Source of the DNA: a virus
Lineage: Duplodnaviria; Heunggongvirae; Uroviricota; Caudoviricetes
Strand: one strand, 5' to 3'
IMG/VR virus record: IMGVR_UViG_3300037067_008064
Span: 64,001-128,000 of that record
DNA: 64,000 nucleotides
Below, piece by piece: positions 28,380 through 38,469 of this stretch. Position numbers and translations under genes: made by a program. Position 1 is the first letter of the stretch. Each line of letters starts with the position of its first letter. Under the pieces are notes generated by a model, which searched no databases, was not told the DNA's origin, and saw only the letters and a program-made list of their open reading frames with translations.

Positions 28380-28430
28380 AATATTTAAGGAACCCTTTAG
28401 AAAGAAGGAGTTTATTTATTAAACTACTTA

Positions 28431-28458
28431 AAAAGCCCGGATTTTTCCGGGCTTTTTT
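28431..28458 (+). terminator. Intrinsic terminator ending the accessory block
   Basis: aaaagcccgga-tttt-tccgggctttttt. Confidence 0.9.
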
Positions 28459-28477
28459 ATTTTCTGTATTTTAGTTT

Positions 28478-28489
28478 GAATATATAAAT
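28478..28489 (+). promoter_or_regulatory. Late-type promoter motif GAATATATAAAT
   Basis: Same motif at 32516(+), 33511(-) and 44953(-), with near copies at 3551(-), 25269(+), 56851(-) and 57009(+), each shortly upstream of a start. Confidence 0.7.
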
Positions 28490-28502
28490 AAAAACCTGTA
28501 AA

Positions 28503-29525
28503 ATGGCAGATTTATTTAATAATAGTATTACCAATGATTATATAAACCCTAATTTGCAACCATGTGCGGATCAAAATGATTCTTATTATTTTGAATTTTT
28601 ATCAAAAAAACAAGTTGGAATTATTAGTGGTTCGAACACAATAATGTCATTTAATCTTTCTGACATTAAAATTCCTGTTGTATCATGGACTCAAAAATTA
28701 GAAACAATAGCACAAGGTGAAGTTATTTTTATAGAAGGATTAACAAAAGGATTATTGCAACGAACAGAATATTTTAATTTGCCATTTCAGCCTTATGATG
28801 AAGCTTTAGATAAGTATTATATGCAAATTGATTGTTCTGTTTATTATAATAAAAATTTTAAATATGTTGGAATTAATATAAATGCATCTGCTAATTATGA
28901 TACTAGTTTACCAATTGATACGGCAGTTAATTTAATATTACAAAATAATAATGTTGGAATAACTTTATTATACGACCCATCTAAATTTACTTTTACTGGT
29001 TCTAATTTAGGATTTGATTATGATGTATCTAATTTTGTTTTAACATTATATGATGCCTCAACTATATCTGGTTCACCAATAACTCATGGAGACCCTAGTA
29101 TTTTTAATTTAGATATTAGTGAAAAAATTCCTTATGCAATGTACCCTAATAGTGCAATGAGAGGAATATTTATGAAAGTACATTATCCTACCACAACAAG
29201 TGGATATGAAGATTATGTTTGCATAAATCATGTTCCGGGGTATTTTACTTTTTATGAATTAGATGGTTCATCATATTCTAAAGTTACTAAGCAAGTTGAT
29301 GTTGGCATGAGCGGAGATAGTACAACAGAAAAAATGAGCGCAGTTGATTATTTAGCTTATATTAATGATTCTAGTTTATGGACTAAAGTAGGTGCTTTAT
29401 ATTCAATAACAACTGCCCCAGATTCATCTATGTCTGGTTTAGCGTTGTATAATTTAATTCCCGGTCTTTATATATTTAATCCTCATACTTTTTCAGTACA
29501 AGTTGAGTATATGGAATTCTTATAA
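28503..29525 (+). CDS. Probable virion structural protein
   Basis: 340 aa, beta-rich composition, late-type motif upstream. Confidence 0.55.
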   Translation: MADLFNNSITNDYINPNLQPCADQNDSYYFEFLSKKQVGIISGSNTIMSFNLSDIKIPVVSWTQKLETIAQGEVIFIEGLTKGLLQRTEYFNLPFQPYDEALDKYYMQIDCSVYYNKNFKYVGININASANYDTSLPIDTAVNLILQNNNVGITLLYDPSKFTFTGSNLGFDYDVSNFVLTLYDASTISGSPITHGDPSIFNLDISEKIPYAMYPNSAMRGIFMKVHYPTTTSGYEDYVCINHVPGYFTFYELDGSSYSKVTKQVDVGMSGDSTTEKMSAVDYLAYINDSSLWTKVGALYSITTAPDSSMSGLALYNLIPGLYIFNPHTFSVQVEYMEFL

Positions 29526-29543
29526 AAATATTTTAATTTAATA

Positions 29544-31799
29544 ATGATTAAAAGAAAAAGAAAAATAAATGAATTTGGAAGTGCTGGATTTAGTCTTCAA
29601 CCAAAATACTATGGCAGAGGAATGTCTGGATTTAATAGTTTTGGTGGAAGTTCTGGTAGTGGTGGCCCAACTACAATGTATACATATAATATTGTTGCAT
29701 TAAATCATAATCTTGAACAAAGACCAAGCGAAAATGAATTTGTAGATACTATTAATATTGGTGATATTATTACTGGAAAAGAAATTAATAAAGGAAAAAA
29801 ATATTCTGGAACGGTAGTAAGATTAGTTAAATCCCCAAATAATAATACACTTTTATATTATTTAATTGTAGATAAAAATACATCTACTAAAATTAAAATA
29901 GACCCAACAACTGCAACTTTAAATGTTGTTGTTGGAGAATCATTAATTTATGAAAGAAATGAAGAAGAAAAGCTTCAAAAAATTAATGAATATTGGGATG
30001 AAGTTATTAATAGAACAAAAATGAATATTAATAAAATCATTGATAATTTAAAAAATAAAAAAAATTATTTTATAAAAGTTAATGATACACTAGGTGTAGA
30101 ATTTACAAGTCAATTATTTAATGGTGGGCGTACTATTGCTAAATATCGTGAAAAAGACAATAATTATATTGTAAATTATATTCAAATTAGTATTGAAAGT
30201 ATTTTTGAAAAAATTTTAAACCAAGAATTAGATGATGATAAAACTAAATATACTTATTTTAGAGATGCTATAATTGATTATGAATCATCAATTCAAGCTA
30301 CTAAATTATATAAATTATTAAAATTTAGTTTTGAACATGAATTAACTCATCATTATGATGAATTAAAATACGGTGAAAAATATTCAGAACAATCATTTAT
30401 AAAATCAAAAAATCTTAGTGATATTAAAGATATTGAAAAAAAATCAACTCTTTATGCAAATTTATCTCATGAAATTAATGCATTTTTTATTTCATCTATT
30501 AAATCTTTAACAGATAACGAAGGCACTGTTTATAATTGGGATGAATTTTGGGAAATCTTTGTAACCTATTTTAAAATTTATAATAAATTATCAGAACTAA
30601 ATAAAAGAAGAATACAAAGTAGAGCTTATCAATATTTTATTTATCAAAAAAGTAATTCATATCATCAAAGAAAGAATGAATATGTTTTTGAAGATGAAAA
30701 AAGAAATATTCTTAAAGTAAAAGTTTTTGTTAATAACAATAATTATTTAATATGGAAAAAAGGTACTCCAACTTATAAAAATTTATTAAGTAGATTTAAA
30801 CACATTGCCCCAAATGAATGGACTGAAATTGAATCTGTAAATCATTATCTTTATTCTGATTTAAAAAGATGGTTTAATACGGTTGAAATTATAAAAGAAA
30901 GTATAGAAGAACCAATAGAAAATCAAATAACAGAAAAACAAATTAAAGATACAATGCATGAAAAAAATATTTCTAGGGCAAATGCTATTAGACAATTATA
31001 TGATTTAGAAGAATGGATACGAGACCAAGAAGAAGACCAAAAATCTAAAAAAATTGTATCTGAAAGTTTAAATGAATTTTTAAACGAAAGTCCTTTGCTT
31101 TTACATAGTGAAGATGAATTAAAGCGTGCTGGATTATTTAATAAAGATGCGGATTATGAGGGAATGATAGCATATGCTGTAATGGATTTAATGAAAACTT
31201 TTACAAATCAAGGTCATTCAGGATTTAGTGCTGGAATGGTAAGAGAAATTTTTAATAAATTATCTAATTGGGAAACATTAACTCCTATTACTTCTGACCC
31301 TAATGAATGGAATGATGTATCTGAAATGTCTGATCAACCATTTTGGCAAAATAAAAGAAACCCATGTTTCTTTTCTCAAGATGGTGGGAAAACATGGTGG
31401 GATGTAAATGATAAACAAACAATGAATGAAGCATATAAATTAGCTTTATTAAATTTTGATTTTTTATATGCTTCATTAAATGAAAAATATGAGTCTTTAA
31501 CAATACCACAAATTAAAGAAAAAATTCAAAATCTAAAAAATTTAACAAAAGAATATAAAGATATTGCTGTTAATTTTGTTAAACAATATACGCATGCAGA
31601 AAAAGGAAAAGTAAGTGGACTAAATCAACACCCCGATTTAAAAAAGAAAATTCGTGAAAAAAGTTTACCTAATGGATTTGATATGGGTATTGATAAAAAT
31701 GGATTTTATATTCATACACATAGAGCAAGATCAAAATCACATCCAAAACCAGATGGTATTACTGAAAGGGAAATAAAATTTATTGATTCTACTGGTTAG
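29544..31799 (+). CDS. Multi-module protein with HExxH motif and repeated [IL]-x-E motifs (candidate head-packaged polyprotein)
   Basis: KINEF, FEHELTHHYDE...HEINAF, KIVSESLNEFLNES, SLNEK. Confidence 0.6.
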   Translation: MIKRKRKINEFGSAGFSLQPKYYGRGMSGFNSFGGSSGSGGPTTMYTYNIVALNHNLEQRPSENEFVDTINIGDIITGKEINKGKKYSGTVVRLVKSPNNNTLLYYLIVDKNTSTKIKIDPTTATLNVVVGESLIYERNEEEKLQKINEYWDEVINRTKMNINKIIDNLKNKKNYFIKVNDTLGVEFTSQLFNGGRTIAKYREKDNNYIVNYIQISIESIFEKILNQELDDDKTKYTYFRDAIIDYESSIQATKLYKLLKFSFEHELTHHYDELKYGEKYSEQSFIKSKNLSDIKDIEKKSTLYANLSHEINAFFISSIKSLTDNEGTVYNWDEFWEIFVTYFKIYNKLSELNKRRIQSRAYQYFIYQKSNSYHQRKNEYVFEDEKRNILKVKVFVNNNNYLIWKKGTPTYKNLLSRFKHIAPNEWTEIESVNHYLYSDLKRWFNTVEIIKESIEEPIENQITEKQIKDTMHEKNISRANAIRQLYDLEEWIRDQEEDQKSKKIVSESLNEFLNESPLLLHSEDELKRAGLFNKDADYEGMIAYAVMDLMKTFTNQGHSGFSAGMVREIFNKLSNWETLTPITSDPNEWNDVSEMSDQPFWQNKRNPCFFSQDGGKTWWDVNDKQTMNEAYKLALLNFDFLYASLNEKYESLTIPQIKEKIQNLKNLTKEYKDIAVNFVKQYTHAEKGKVSGLNQHPDLKKKIREKSLPNGFDMGIDKNGFYIHTHRARSKSHPKPDGITEREIKFIDSTG

Positions 31800-32463
31800 G
31801 ATCTTTTTCAATTGGTTTTACATCTATAACATTTACATCATTTTTTATATCCCCATCATAAGAACTTTTAGATATAGTTTCTGGTGATTCTAGTGATGTC
31901 TGTTCACTTCTATCTGGTTCAATATAATTACCTTCATCTTGAAGTTCTGGTTCACTGACAGAACTAGATTTCATTTCCGGTAAATTTTGTATTTCTTCTT
32001 CTCTTAATTTAATATTTTGTGCAACTAATGCTGTCATACCAAGAGCTACCACTGGTAATAAAGCACCGCTTATCCAAGATATAATTACTTTATACAATTC
32101 AGGACTATCTGCTTCTACACCAATTAAAATAGATTTTTGCCAATACATCCAATCATTAGAATTACTAGATTCTATAAACTTAAAAGAACCATAAACATTT
32201 GCTGTAATTTGTAATGCTGTTAATAAAATCATCATTGCCCAAGGTAATACTTTGTTTTTATTTTTAGTCATTAATATAGAAAACAACACAGAAGATTGGC
32301 CGATTTCATATGATAAACCTAAAAGTATTGCTAACCAAGTTACATTAGTTAAATGAAAGAATGAAATAGAGTGTAATGTAGATACAAAACCTACAAACAA
32401 ATAAAGAATACTAAATGTTATAATTAAACCAAGGTATAATTTATTATGATATTTTTTAAACAT
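31789..32463 (-). CDS. Multi-pass membrane protein
   Basis: Four hydrophobic segments then acidic tail. Confidence 0.7.
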   Translation of the reverse strand: MFKKYHNKLYLGLIITFSILYLFVGFVSTLHSISFFHLTNVTWLAILLGLSYEIGQSSVLFSILMTKNKNKVLPWAMMILLTALQITANVYGSFKFIESSNSNDWMYWQKSILIGVEADSPELYKVIISWISGALLPVVALGMTALVAQNIKLREEEIQNLPEMKSSSVSEPELQDEGNYIEPDRSEQTSLESPETISKSSYDGDIKNDVNVIDVKPIEKDPNQ

Positions 32464-32627
32464 ATTAATTTGATTTATTTTCTGTTTATATATTTTAAAA
32501 ATTAAAAGTTTTTGTGAATATATAAATATAAGGTGTTAGTTTTATATTGGCTTATAAAACAACATTAGGATAGAAAATGCTGTCCACCTTATAAATTATA
32601 TATCTTTAAAATAATGGATAGAAATCT

Positions 32628-33194
32628 ATGAATTATCAAAAAACATATGAAAGCATTATTCAAAATGCTAAAGCTTTAAATAGAATTAAAGTATTTAAAG
32701 ATAATCCTAATTATGTCTATTATGAAAGACATCATATCATTCCTAAATGTTTAAATGGAACTAATAAAAAAGAAAATTTAGTTTTATTAACTGCTAAAGA
32801 ACATTTTGTTTGTCATAAATTATTAACCCATATTTATCAAAATAATAGAGGGATTGCCTTAGGGTATTATAGAATGACATTTAGTAAAAGATATGATAAT
32901 ATTATTTCTGGAAAAGATTATCAACACGCTAAAGAATTATTTAATTCAATTCCTATTTCAAAAGAAACCAGATTAAAATCAAGTATATCACATAAAGATC
33001 AAATTCCTTGGAATAAAGGTCAAACATATATAGAAATTTTTGGAGAAGAAAAAGGTATTAAATTAAAAGAGAAAATGTGCAAACCAAAATCTTTAGAAAC
33101 TAAATTAAAAATGAAAAAGCCTAAGTCTCAAGAGCATAAAAGAAAATTAAGTGAATCACATAAAGGTAAAATTCCTTGGAATAAAAAATTTTAA
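32628..33194 (+). mobile_element. Free-standing HNH homing endonuclease (NUMOD3 repeats)
   Basis: ERHHIIPKCLNGTNKKENLVLLTAKEHFVCHKLL; PWNKG and SQEHKRKLSESHKG. Confidence 0.9.
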
Positions 33195-33198
33195 AAAA

Positions 33199-33498
33199 TT
33201 ATTTTTCTTTTGGAGTATTAATAGTTATAGTGGTATTTGTTTTAATTTTTTCTGTTATGTTTTTAATTTCATCTGCTCTTTTATTGGCTTCATTTTCTTT
33301 AGTTTCTGCTAATTTTAATTGATAAGTATTTTCTTGAATTTGTTTATCTTTAACTCCTATAATACTATCTTTTTGTATTATTTGTTTTTCTAACTTATGT
33401 ATTTTTAATCCGGAATTACATTTACTAACACCTAAAATTATAATAAGAAATATTAAAATTCCAACTATTATTTGATATGGTTTGGTTTTATCTTTCAT
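33199..33498 (-). CDS. N-anchored coiled-coil protein (spanin-like candidate)
   Basis: N-terminal TM, then Cys and coiled coil. Confidence 0.45.
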   Translation of the reverse strand: MKDKTKPYQIIVGILIFLIIILGVSKCNSGLKIHKLEKQIIQKDSIIGVKDKQIQENTYQLKLAETKENEANKRADEIKNITEKIKTNTTITINTPKEK

Positions 33499-33613
33499 AT
33501 TTAATTTTTAATTTATATATTCACAAAATTAAAATGTTTAAAAAATCAAAAGGCCTACTTAAAGGCCTTTATGATTTCCATTTTAATGGATTCCCATGTG
33601 GGAGGGATTGTTG

Positions 33614-34216
33614 TTATTCAGTAATTTCTTGACCACTCATTTCTTTTATTTCTTCATTAGATAATTCATATTCTTCTTCAGGTTCTTTTACTAAAAAAAA
33701 TCCTTGAGATGCTGCAGACCATTTATCTTGTAACCATTGAATATCTTTTATAGCATTTCTTGCTTCTTCTGTTTTATTTGAAACATCTGTATAAAATGGT
33801 GCAAAAAATGGTTGTTCTTTTTCAAAAATTTTAGCATCGTCTATTCCAACCCCAGATGGATTATCTAAAACAAATAATATAAATTCCAAAGCTTGATATG
33901 GAACTTCTAATACTTTAATTTCACCTTTTTTTAATTTTGGAATAATTGTATTTAATTCATCATTAAGTTTTATTACACCCATCCATGCTGTTTTAGCCCA
34001 CATTAATCTATTGTTTACAAAATCCAATAAATAATTTGCTCTATCTAAAGCATCTTCTTCACTTGAAATTGCCCAAGTTGATACATTAAATTTAGTAACT
34101 GCATCTTCAAATTCTTTTTTTGCAGCTTCAATATCTTCTGGCGTTGGTTTATTTTCAATTGGTTTTTCTTTAATTTCTTCTACAGGTTCACTTATTTGTA
34201 CTGTTGATTCTTCCAT
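33614..34216 (-). CDS. Hypothetical acidic helical protein
   Basis: 200-aa ORF. Confidence 0.6.
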   Translation of the reverse strand: MEESTVQISEPVEEIKEKPIENKPTPEDIEAAKKEFEDAVTKFNVSTWAISSEEDALDRANYLLDFVNNRLMWAKTAWMGVIKLNDELNTIIPKLKKGEIKVLEVPYQALEFILFVLDNPSGVGIDDAKIFEKEQPFFAPFYTDVSNKTEEARNAIKDIQWLQDKWSAASQGFFLVKEPEEEYELSNEEIKEMSGQEITE

Positions 34217-34223
34217 TGTATTT

Positions 34224-34985
34224 TTATTTTATTAAATATTCTTGATTATTTTTAATATGCCATTGTTTAACTAAAGTTTCAAATTCGCTTTTGTATTTAT
34301 CAAGTTCTTCCCCCTGTAATATTATTTCTTGTATTTGATCAGATTTTGTATGTACTAATAATATTGATGCAGCATCTAGTTTATATTGATTATTTTCATT
34401 ATTCAACATTTCTTCTAAAGCAATTACATAACCACTTAATTGTAATTTATGTTTATGTTCTTTAATAGAACCAGTTTCAACAAAACTACTTGCAGTTTTA
34501 AAATCGGTTATAATACCACCATAATTTATATGATTATACCATAAATCTAAAATACCTCTATAATATAATCTTTTAGAATAAATATTTAATTCACTACTAT
34601 AAAATTTACTAAATGAATTAATATGACCATAGTTAAACCATTTATAAAAAAGTTCCCAACCAATTTTTACTTTATCTTTTGGTATATCATCAAATGTTAT
34701 ATTAGAAATACTTTTAAGACTCTCATTTATATCTTTTGTATTTGATATAAAATAATTTTTAATAAAAGTCTCAATATATTTATGCATAACGGTTCCGCGA
34801 TATGCAGCTTGTTTTAAGATTTCATTTACTTTATCAATACCAACTTCTGCTATCCATGCATCCATTTCTGGGTCTGGTACCATATCTTTTAATATAGTAC
34901 TAACAGATGGAACACTTAATTTAATATATGCTTCAGCTAATCCTTTATATCCTGCTATCCATTTAATATCATTCATTAAAGCCAA
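34224..34985 (-). CDS. PD-(D/E)XK exonuclease (Cas4/RecB-like fold)
   Basis: SVSTIL, GTVMHKYIE, RGILDL, ITDFKT, QLSGY. Confidence 0.85.
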   Translation of the reverse strand: MALMNDIKWIAGYKGLAEAYIKLSVPSVSTILKDMVPDPEMDAWIAEVGIDKVNEILKQAAYRGTVMHKYIETFIKNYFISNTKDINESLKSISNITFDDIPKDKVKIGWELFYKWFNYGHINSFSKFYSSELNIYSKRLYYRGILDLWYNHINYGGIITDFKTASSFVETGSIKEHKHKLQLSGYVIALEEMLNNENNQYKLDAASILLVHTKSDQIQEIILQGEELDKYKSEFETLVKQWHIKNNQEYLIK

Positions 34986-35443
34986 TTTAAAATGGTCTGA
35001 CCATATCTTAAAATTACAAATAAAGTTAATCCTATAAATACTAAATATTTTAAAATATATCTTAAAGATAATTGTTTAAAAGCAAAAATGTACATTACAC
35101 CATAAGTTAATGTTGGTTTTCCTTCTACATAAAATTGATTAAATTCTGGAACAATATATTCAGCAAAACCAAGATCTTCATCTAAGTATCTATGAATAGG
35201 TGCTAAATATTCTATTAATTTAGCTTTTTGCATTTCAATTGGTAATTGTTCATCACCATCTTCTAACGATGTTTGAATGTATAAAGTATAAAATGTACTG
35301 TGATTTAGTTTAAAAAAATTATACTTTGATTTAGGGTCTTTTTCTTCTTTTTTAATTATTTTTATCCAATCAAGATAATTTTGTATATCTCTATAAGCAA
35401 TGAAAGGCCTCCATTCATACCATTTTTTAAATTTAAATTTCAT
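34976..35443 (-). CDS. Hypothetical protein with C-terminal TM
   Basis: ORF in operon. Confidence 0.6.
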   Translation of the reverse strand: MKFKFKKWYEWRPFIAYRDIQNYLDWIKIIKKEEKDPKSKYNFFKLNHSTFYTLYIQTSLEDGDEQLPIEMQKAKLIEYLAPIHRYLDEDLGFAEYIVPEFNQFYVEGKPTLTYGVMYIFAFKQLSLRYILKYLVFIGLTLFVILRYGQTILNWL

Positions 35444-36053
35444 AATATGATTCTATTAATTCAGGATATTTTCTTTTAATATTTATTTCAATATCTTTTC
35501 TGGCTTTACGTATCCTAGTTTTTACAGTTGAAAGTTTCCAATCTAACTTATTAGCTATTTCTTGTAATTGTAAATTTTGAATTTCACGATGTTCCATTAC
35601 TGTTTTATATGGTTCCTTTAATTTATAAATTTCATCTAAAACATAATCATATAATACGGTTGATAAATCAGTACCTTCTGGTAATGTACATTCTATATCC
35701 ATATTATAAACTGGTGAATGAAGAGATAATAATTTTGAATGATTTTCGGTCATTAAATCATGTGAATAAATTTTCTTTTGTACTCTAATATAACCAAGGG
35801 CTTCATTTCTTGCAATGGCATAAGCCCATGTTGAAAAATTATATTTATCATTATATTGATCTATTTTTTCCCAAATAGAAATAAAAGTTTGAGATACAAT
35901 TTCATTACAAATATCTCTATCTTTAATATATTTTCTTATATAGGATAATAAACCGGGTTTTAATCTTTTAACTAATGTTGTAAATGTAGTGTTGTTTTTT
36001 GTCTTAATAAAAGTTACAGCGATTGCTTGAATTGAATTGTCATTCATTTTCAT
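35433..36053 (-). CDS. Sigma-70 family (ECF-type) RNA polymerase sigma factor
   Basis: Region 2 FSTWAYAIARN; region 4 LQEIANKLDWKLSTVKTRIRKAR. Confidence 0.9.
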   Translation of the reverse strand: MKMNDNSIQAIAVTFIKTKNNTTFTTLVKRLKPGLLSYIRKYIKDRDICNEIVSQTFISIWEKIDQYNDKYNFSTWAYAIARNEALGYIRVQKKIYSHDLMTENHSKLLSLHSPVYNMDIECTLPEGTDLSTVLYDYVLDEIYKLKEPYKTVMEHREIQNLQLQEIANKLDWKLSTVKTRIRKARKDIEINIKRKYPELIESYYEI

Positions 36054-36112
36054 ATAATAATTTTAATTAAATTTGTTTTTTGTGATTAGTGTTAAAAAAT
36101 TATAGAAAATAA

Positions 36113-36394
36113 TTATTCTTCTACAACTTGTTCTACTAATTCGGAAATACGAGCCATAACTGGTTGAACCCTAATAAATGGAAACTGACCCAATACATTT
36201 AAAATTTGTGTAAGTGTTGGGTGATCCATAACTTCAACATCAATTGCATTCATAATCCCGGCTATTTCATTAAATGGTCTATCACCAATTGCATTTAAAA
36301 TAGCTTGCTTAAATTCTGGTTTAATTTTGTATGTAGGAACATACGCGTTTGTTTCAACTGTTTGATTCTTGTTAACTACTGGTGTGTCAGGCAT
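36113..36394 (-). CDS. Hypothetical protein
   Basis: Internal PFNEIA/PFIRVQ duplication. Confidence 0.6.
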   Translation of the reverse strand: MPDTPVVNKNQTVETNAYVPTYKIKPEFKQAILNAIGDRPFNEIAGIMNAIDVEVMDHPTLTQILNVLGQFPFIRVQPVMARISELVEQVVEE

Positions 36395-36476
36395 AAATTA
36401 TTATTTTTAATTTTAAGTTTTATTTATAATATAATATGTAAATTTTATAAAAGGTTTTCTAATTATATAAAAAATG

Positions 36477-36704
36477 TTAAATTTGTTCATAACCATGTCC
36501 TTTATAAAAATTTACGGTTTGTTCAAGTGTAGATTGTACAATTGTTGATGTGTTCTTTATATCACCGGTTTTATTACTATATTCTACTATATCTATAAAC
36601 CAGTTATCTTCTTTATCATAATAAAAACTAACCAAATTTTTAGATTTGGGCTTTTGTAATGTATATATTAATTTGTTTGTTTTATAATGTTTAATGTTTT
36701 GCAT
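36477..36704 (-). CDS. Hypothetical protein
   Basis: ORF in operon. Confidence 0.5.
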   Translation of the reverse strand: MQNIKHYKTNKLIYTLQKPKSKNLVSFYYDKEDNWFIDIVEYSNKTGDIKNTSTIVQSTLEQTVNFYKGHGYEQI

Positions 36705-36705
36705 G

Positions 36706-37236
36706 TTAATTAGTTATTAATAAATTTAAAAGATCTTCAAATATAAAATTTTCTTTGCATACCTCAATATCATATTCATTAAAATTTTCAAAATCTTTTC
36801 TATCTGTATCTAATCTTCTTTCAACAATATCAGCATCATTTCTAGAACCTAATCTTGATTTTCTAATGTGTTCGGGTATATTAAAATAAATTATTAAACA
36901 ATCTTTTCTATCTTCCGGTAAAATCTGTTTAATATCTCCTGGAGCCATAATAATTAATCTAACGGATTCATCATAAAAATCTTTTTTAAGTCTTCCGTAA
37001 TACCATTCTCCATCTTTAAAAGCCATCCAAGTATAGAATTCATTATTATTTAATCGTGTTAAAAACTCTTCTTTACTTATGAAATAATAATCTTTTCCTT
37101 CTATTTCATAGTTTCTTTTTGGCCTTGTGGTACAAGTACACCCAAATTTTAAATACCCTTTGTTAACTAATAACTCTCGAGCATAATCTTTCCCAGAGGC
37201 GCCTGGCCCAACAAGAATAATCTTCTTATAATTCAT
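36706..37236 (-). CDS. gmk: Guanylate kinase
   Basis: GPGASGKD, TTRPKR.YEIEGKDYYF, YYG. Confidence 0.9.
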   Translation of the reverse strand: MNYKKIILVGPGASGKDYARELLVNKGYLKFGCTCTTRPKRNYEIEGKDYYFISKEEFLTRLNNNEFYTWMAFKDGEWYYGRLKKDFYDESVRLIIMAPGDIKQILPEDRKDCLIIYFNIPEHIRKSRLGSRNDADIVERRLDTDRKDFENFNEYDIEVCKENFIFEDLLNLLITN

Positions 37237-37575
37237 TTATTTTTTTAAAGTTAATTTAATTTCATCTAATATGTAGTATGTTGCAAATCCGATGCAATAT
37301 ATTGGAATAAATTTCCAATGTTTATTTAGTATTGTGTTCCACGCTAAACCAAGAATTAATGGTATAACTATGTATATTAATCCATAGGTTAATAAAGTAA
37401 ACATAGAATTCCAAAAAGATTTTGTATATGGAAATGGTTCTTCTGTAACACCATTTTTATCCATTAATTCTATTTGTTCATCTGTTTGTGTTATAAATTC
37501 TGTTTTATTATCTTCTATAGGAATGCCTTTTTTTCTTGCATTTAATCTATTAGATAATCCATCGTCTTTAATCAT
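37237..37575 (-). CDS. Membrane protein
   Basis: Two C-terminal TM segments. Confidence 0.6.
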   Translation of the reverse strand: MIKDDGLSNRLNARKKGIPIEDNKTEFITQTDEQIELMDKNGVTEEPFPYTKSFWNSMFTLLTYGLIYIVIPLILGLAWNTILNKHWKFIPIYCIGFATYYILDEIKLTLKK

Positions 37576-37585
37576 GTTTTATTTA

Positions 37586-37924
37586 TTAATCTATATCACC
37601 TGGTTCTGAATCTTCTGCAAATTTAGCAAATCCATCTGTATGTGGTAATTCTTCATCTTCTGCATCATACATTTGTGCGCGCATATTAATATCTTCAAAA
37701 TCAATTGGTGGATTCATTTCATTTAATTCATCTAATGCTTTTGTAATTAAAAAATTAACAAACACTTGAATATCTTCTAGTTCACCACCATCATCTAAAA
37801 TATCTGTTCCTATTTGTATAACTGACTCTACTAAATCATCTTGTGCCTTTGTAGTTACTATGCCTTCAAATCTTTTAATATTTTGATTATTAAGATGTGA
37901 TTCATTTATTGTTTTTGCTCTCAT
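37586..37924 (-). CDS. MRAKTINE-tagged small protein 3
   Basis: Shared 24-nt 5' cassette; unrelated body. Confidence 0.75.
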   Translation of the reverse strand: MRAKTINESHLNNQNIKRFEGIVTTKAQDDLVESVIQIGTDILDDGGELEDIQVFVNFLITKALDELNEMNPPIDFEDINMRAQMYDAEDEELPHTDGFAKFAEDSEPGDID

Positions 37925-37937
37925 AATTTATTATTAT

Positions 37938-38198
37938 TTAAAATTTTCTAATATGTTCAACATCCTTACTTACATAATTATCATAATCTGGATTTGTTTC
38001 TTGATCTTCAAGTTTTTGACCACAAATTAAAGCAGCTTTTTTTCTTGCATCTTGTTCATTTATTGCAATTACTGCTATATACGGGCAATATACATCACCA
38101 CTCTCAGTATGAATAACAAATGCATCTAATCCACTGTAAACATGAAATATATCATCACCTTCTGGTAAATTATTTTCATTTATTGTTTTTGCTCTCAT
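37938..38198 (-). CDS. MRAKTINE-tagged small protein 2
   Basis: Shared 24-nt 5' cassette; unrelated body. Confidence 0.75.
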   Translation of the reverse strand: MRAKTINENNLPEGDDIFHVYSGLDAFVIHTESGDVYCPYIAVIAINEQDARKKAALICGQKLEDQETNPDYDNYVSKDVEHIRKF

Positions 38199-38206
38199 GT
38201 TATTAA

Positions 38207-38455
38207 TTATTTTTTAAGTATTCCAAAAATGCATACTCTTGTTGGTACCCATGCAAATTTTCTTGTCCCAACTTCATGCCCTTTAAAGTCTGTTATTTCC
38301 CACCATTTACCAGTTGGGTCAAATGTTTGTTTATATCTTTCATCAATAATTTTAAAATGTGTTGGAAATGAATTTACTATTTCAAATCTATCATCAGTAT
38401 ATGGAGAATATGGTTTTCTACCTTCTGTTTCTTCGTTTATTGTTTTTGCTCTCAT
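38207..38455 (-). CDS. MRAKTINE-tagged small protein 1
   Basis: 23/24-nt match to the cassette. Confidence 0.75.
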   Translation of the reverse strand: MRAKTINEETEGRKPYSPYTDDRFEIVNSFPTHFKIIDERYKQTFDPTGKWWEITDFKGHEVGTRKFAWVPTRVCIFGILKK

Positions 38456-38469
38456 ATTATTTTATTATT

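Noticed and set aside
34224-34985. Cas4 as part of a CRISPR-Cas system
   Set aside because: Stand-alone PD-(D/E)XK nuclease common in large phages; no cas1 or array, and no Fe-S Cys pattern
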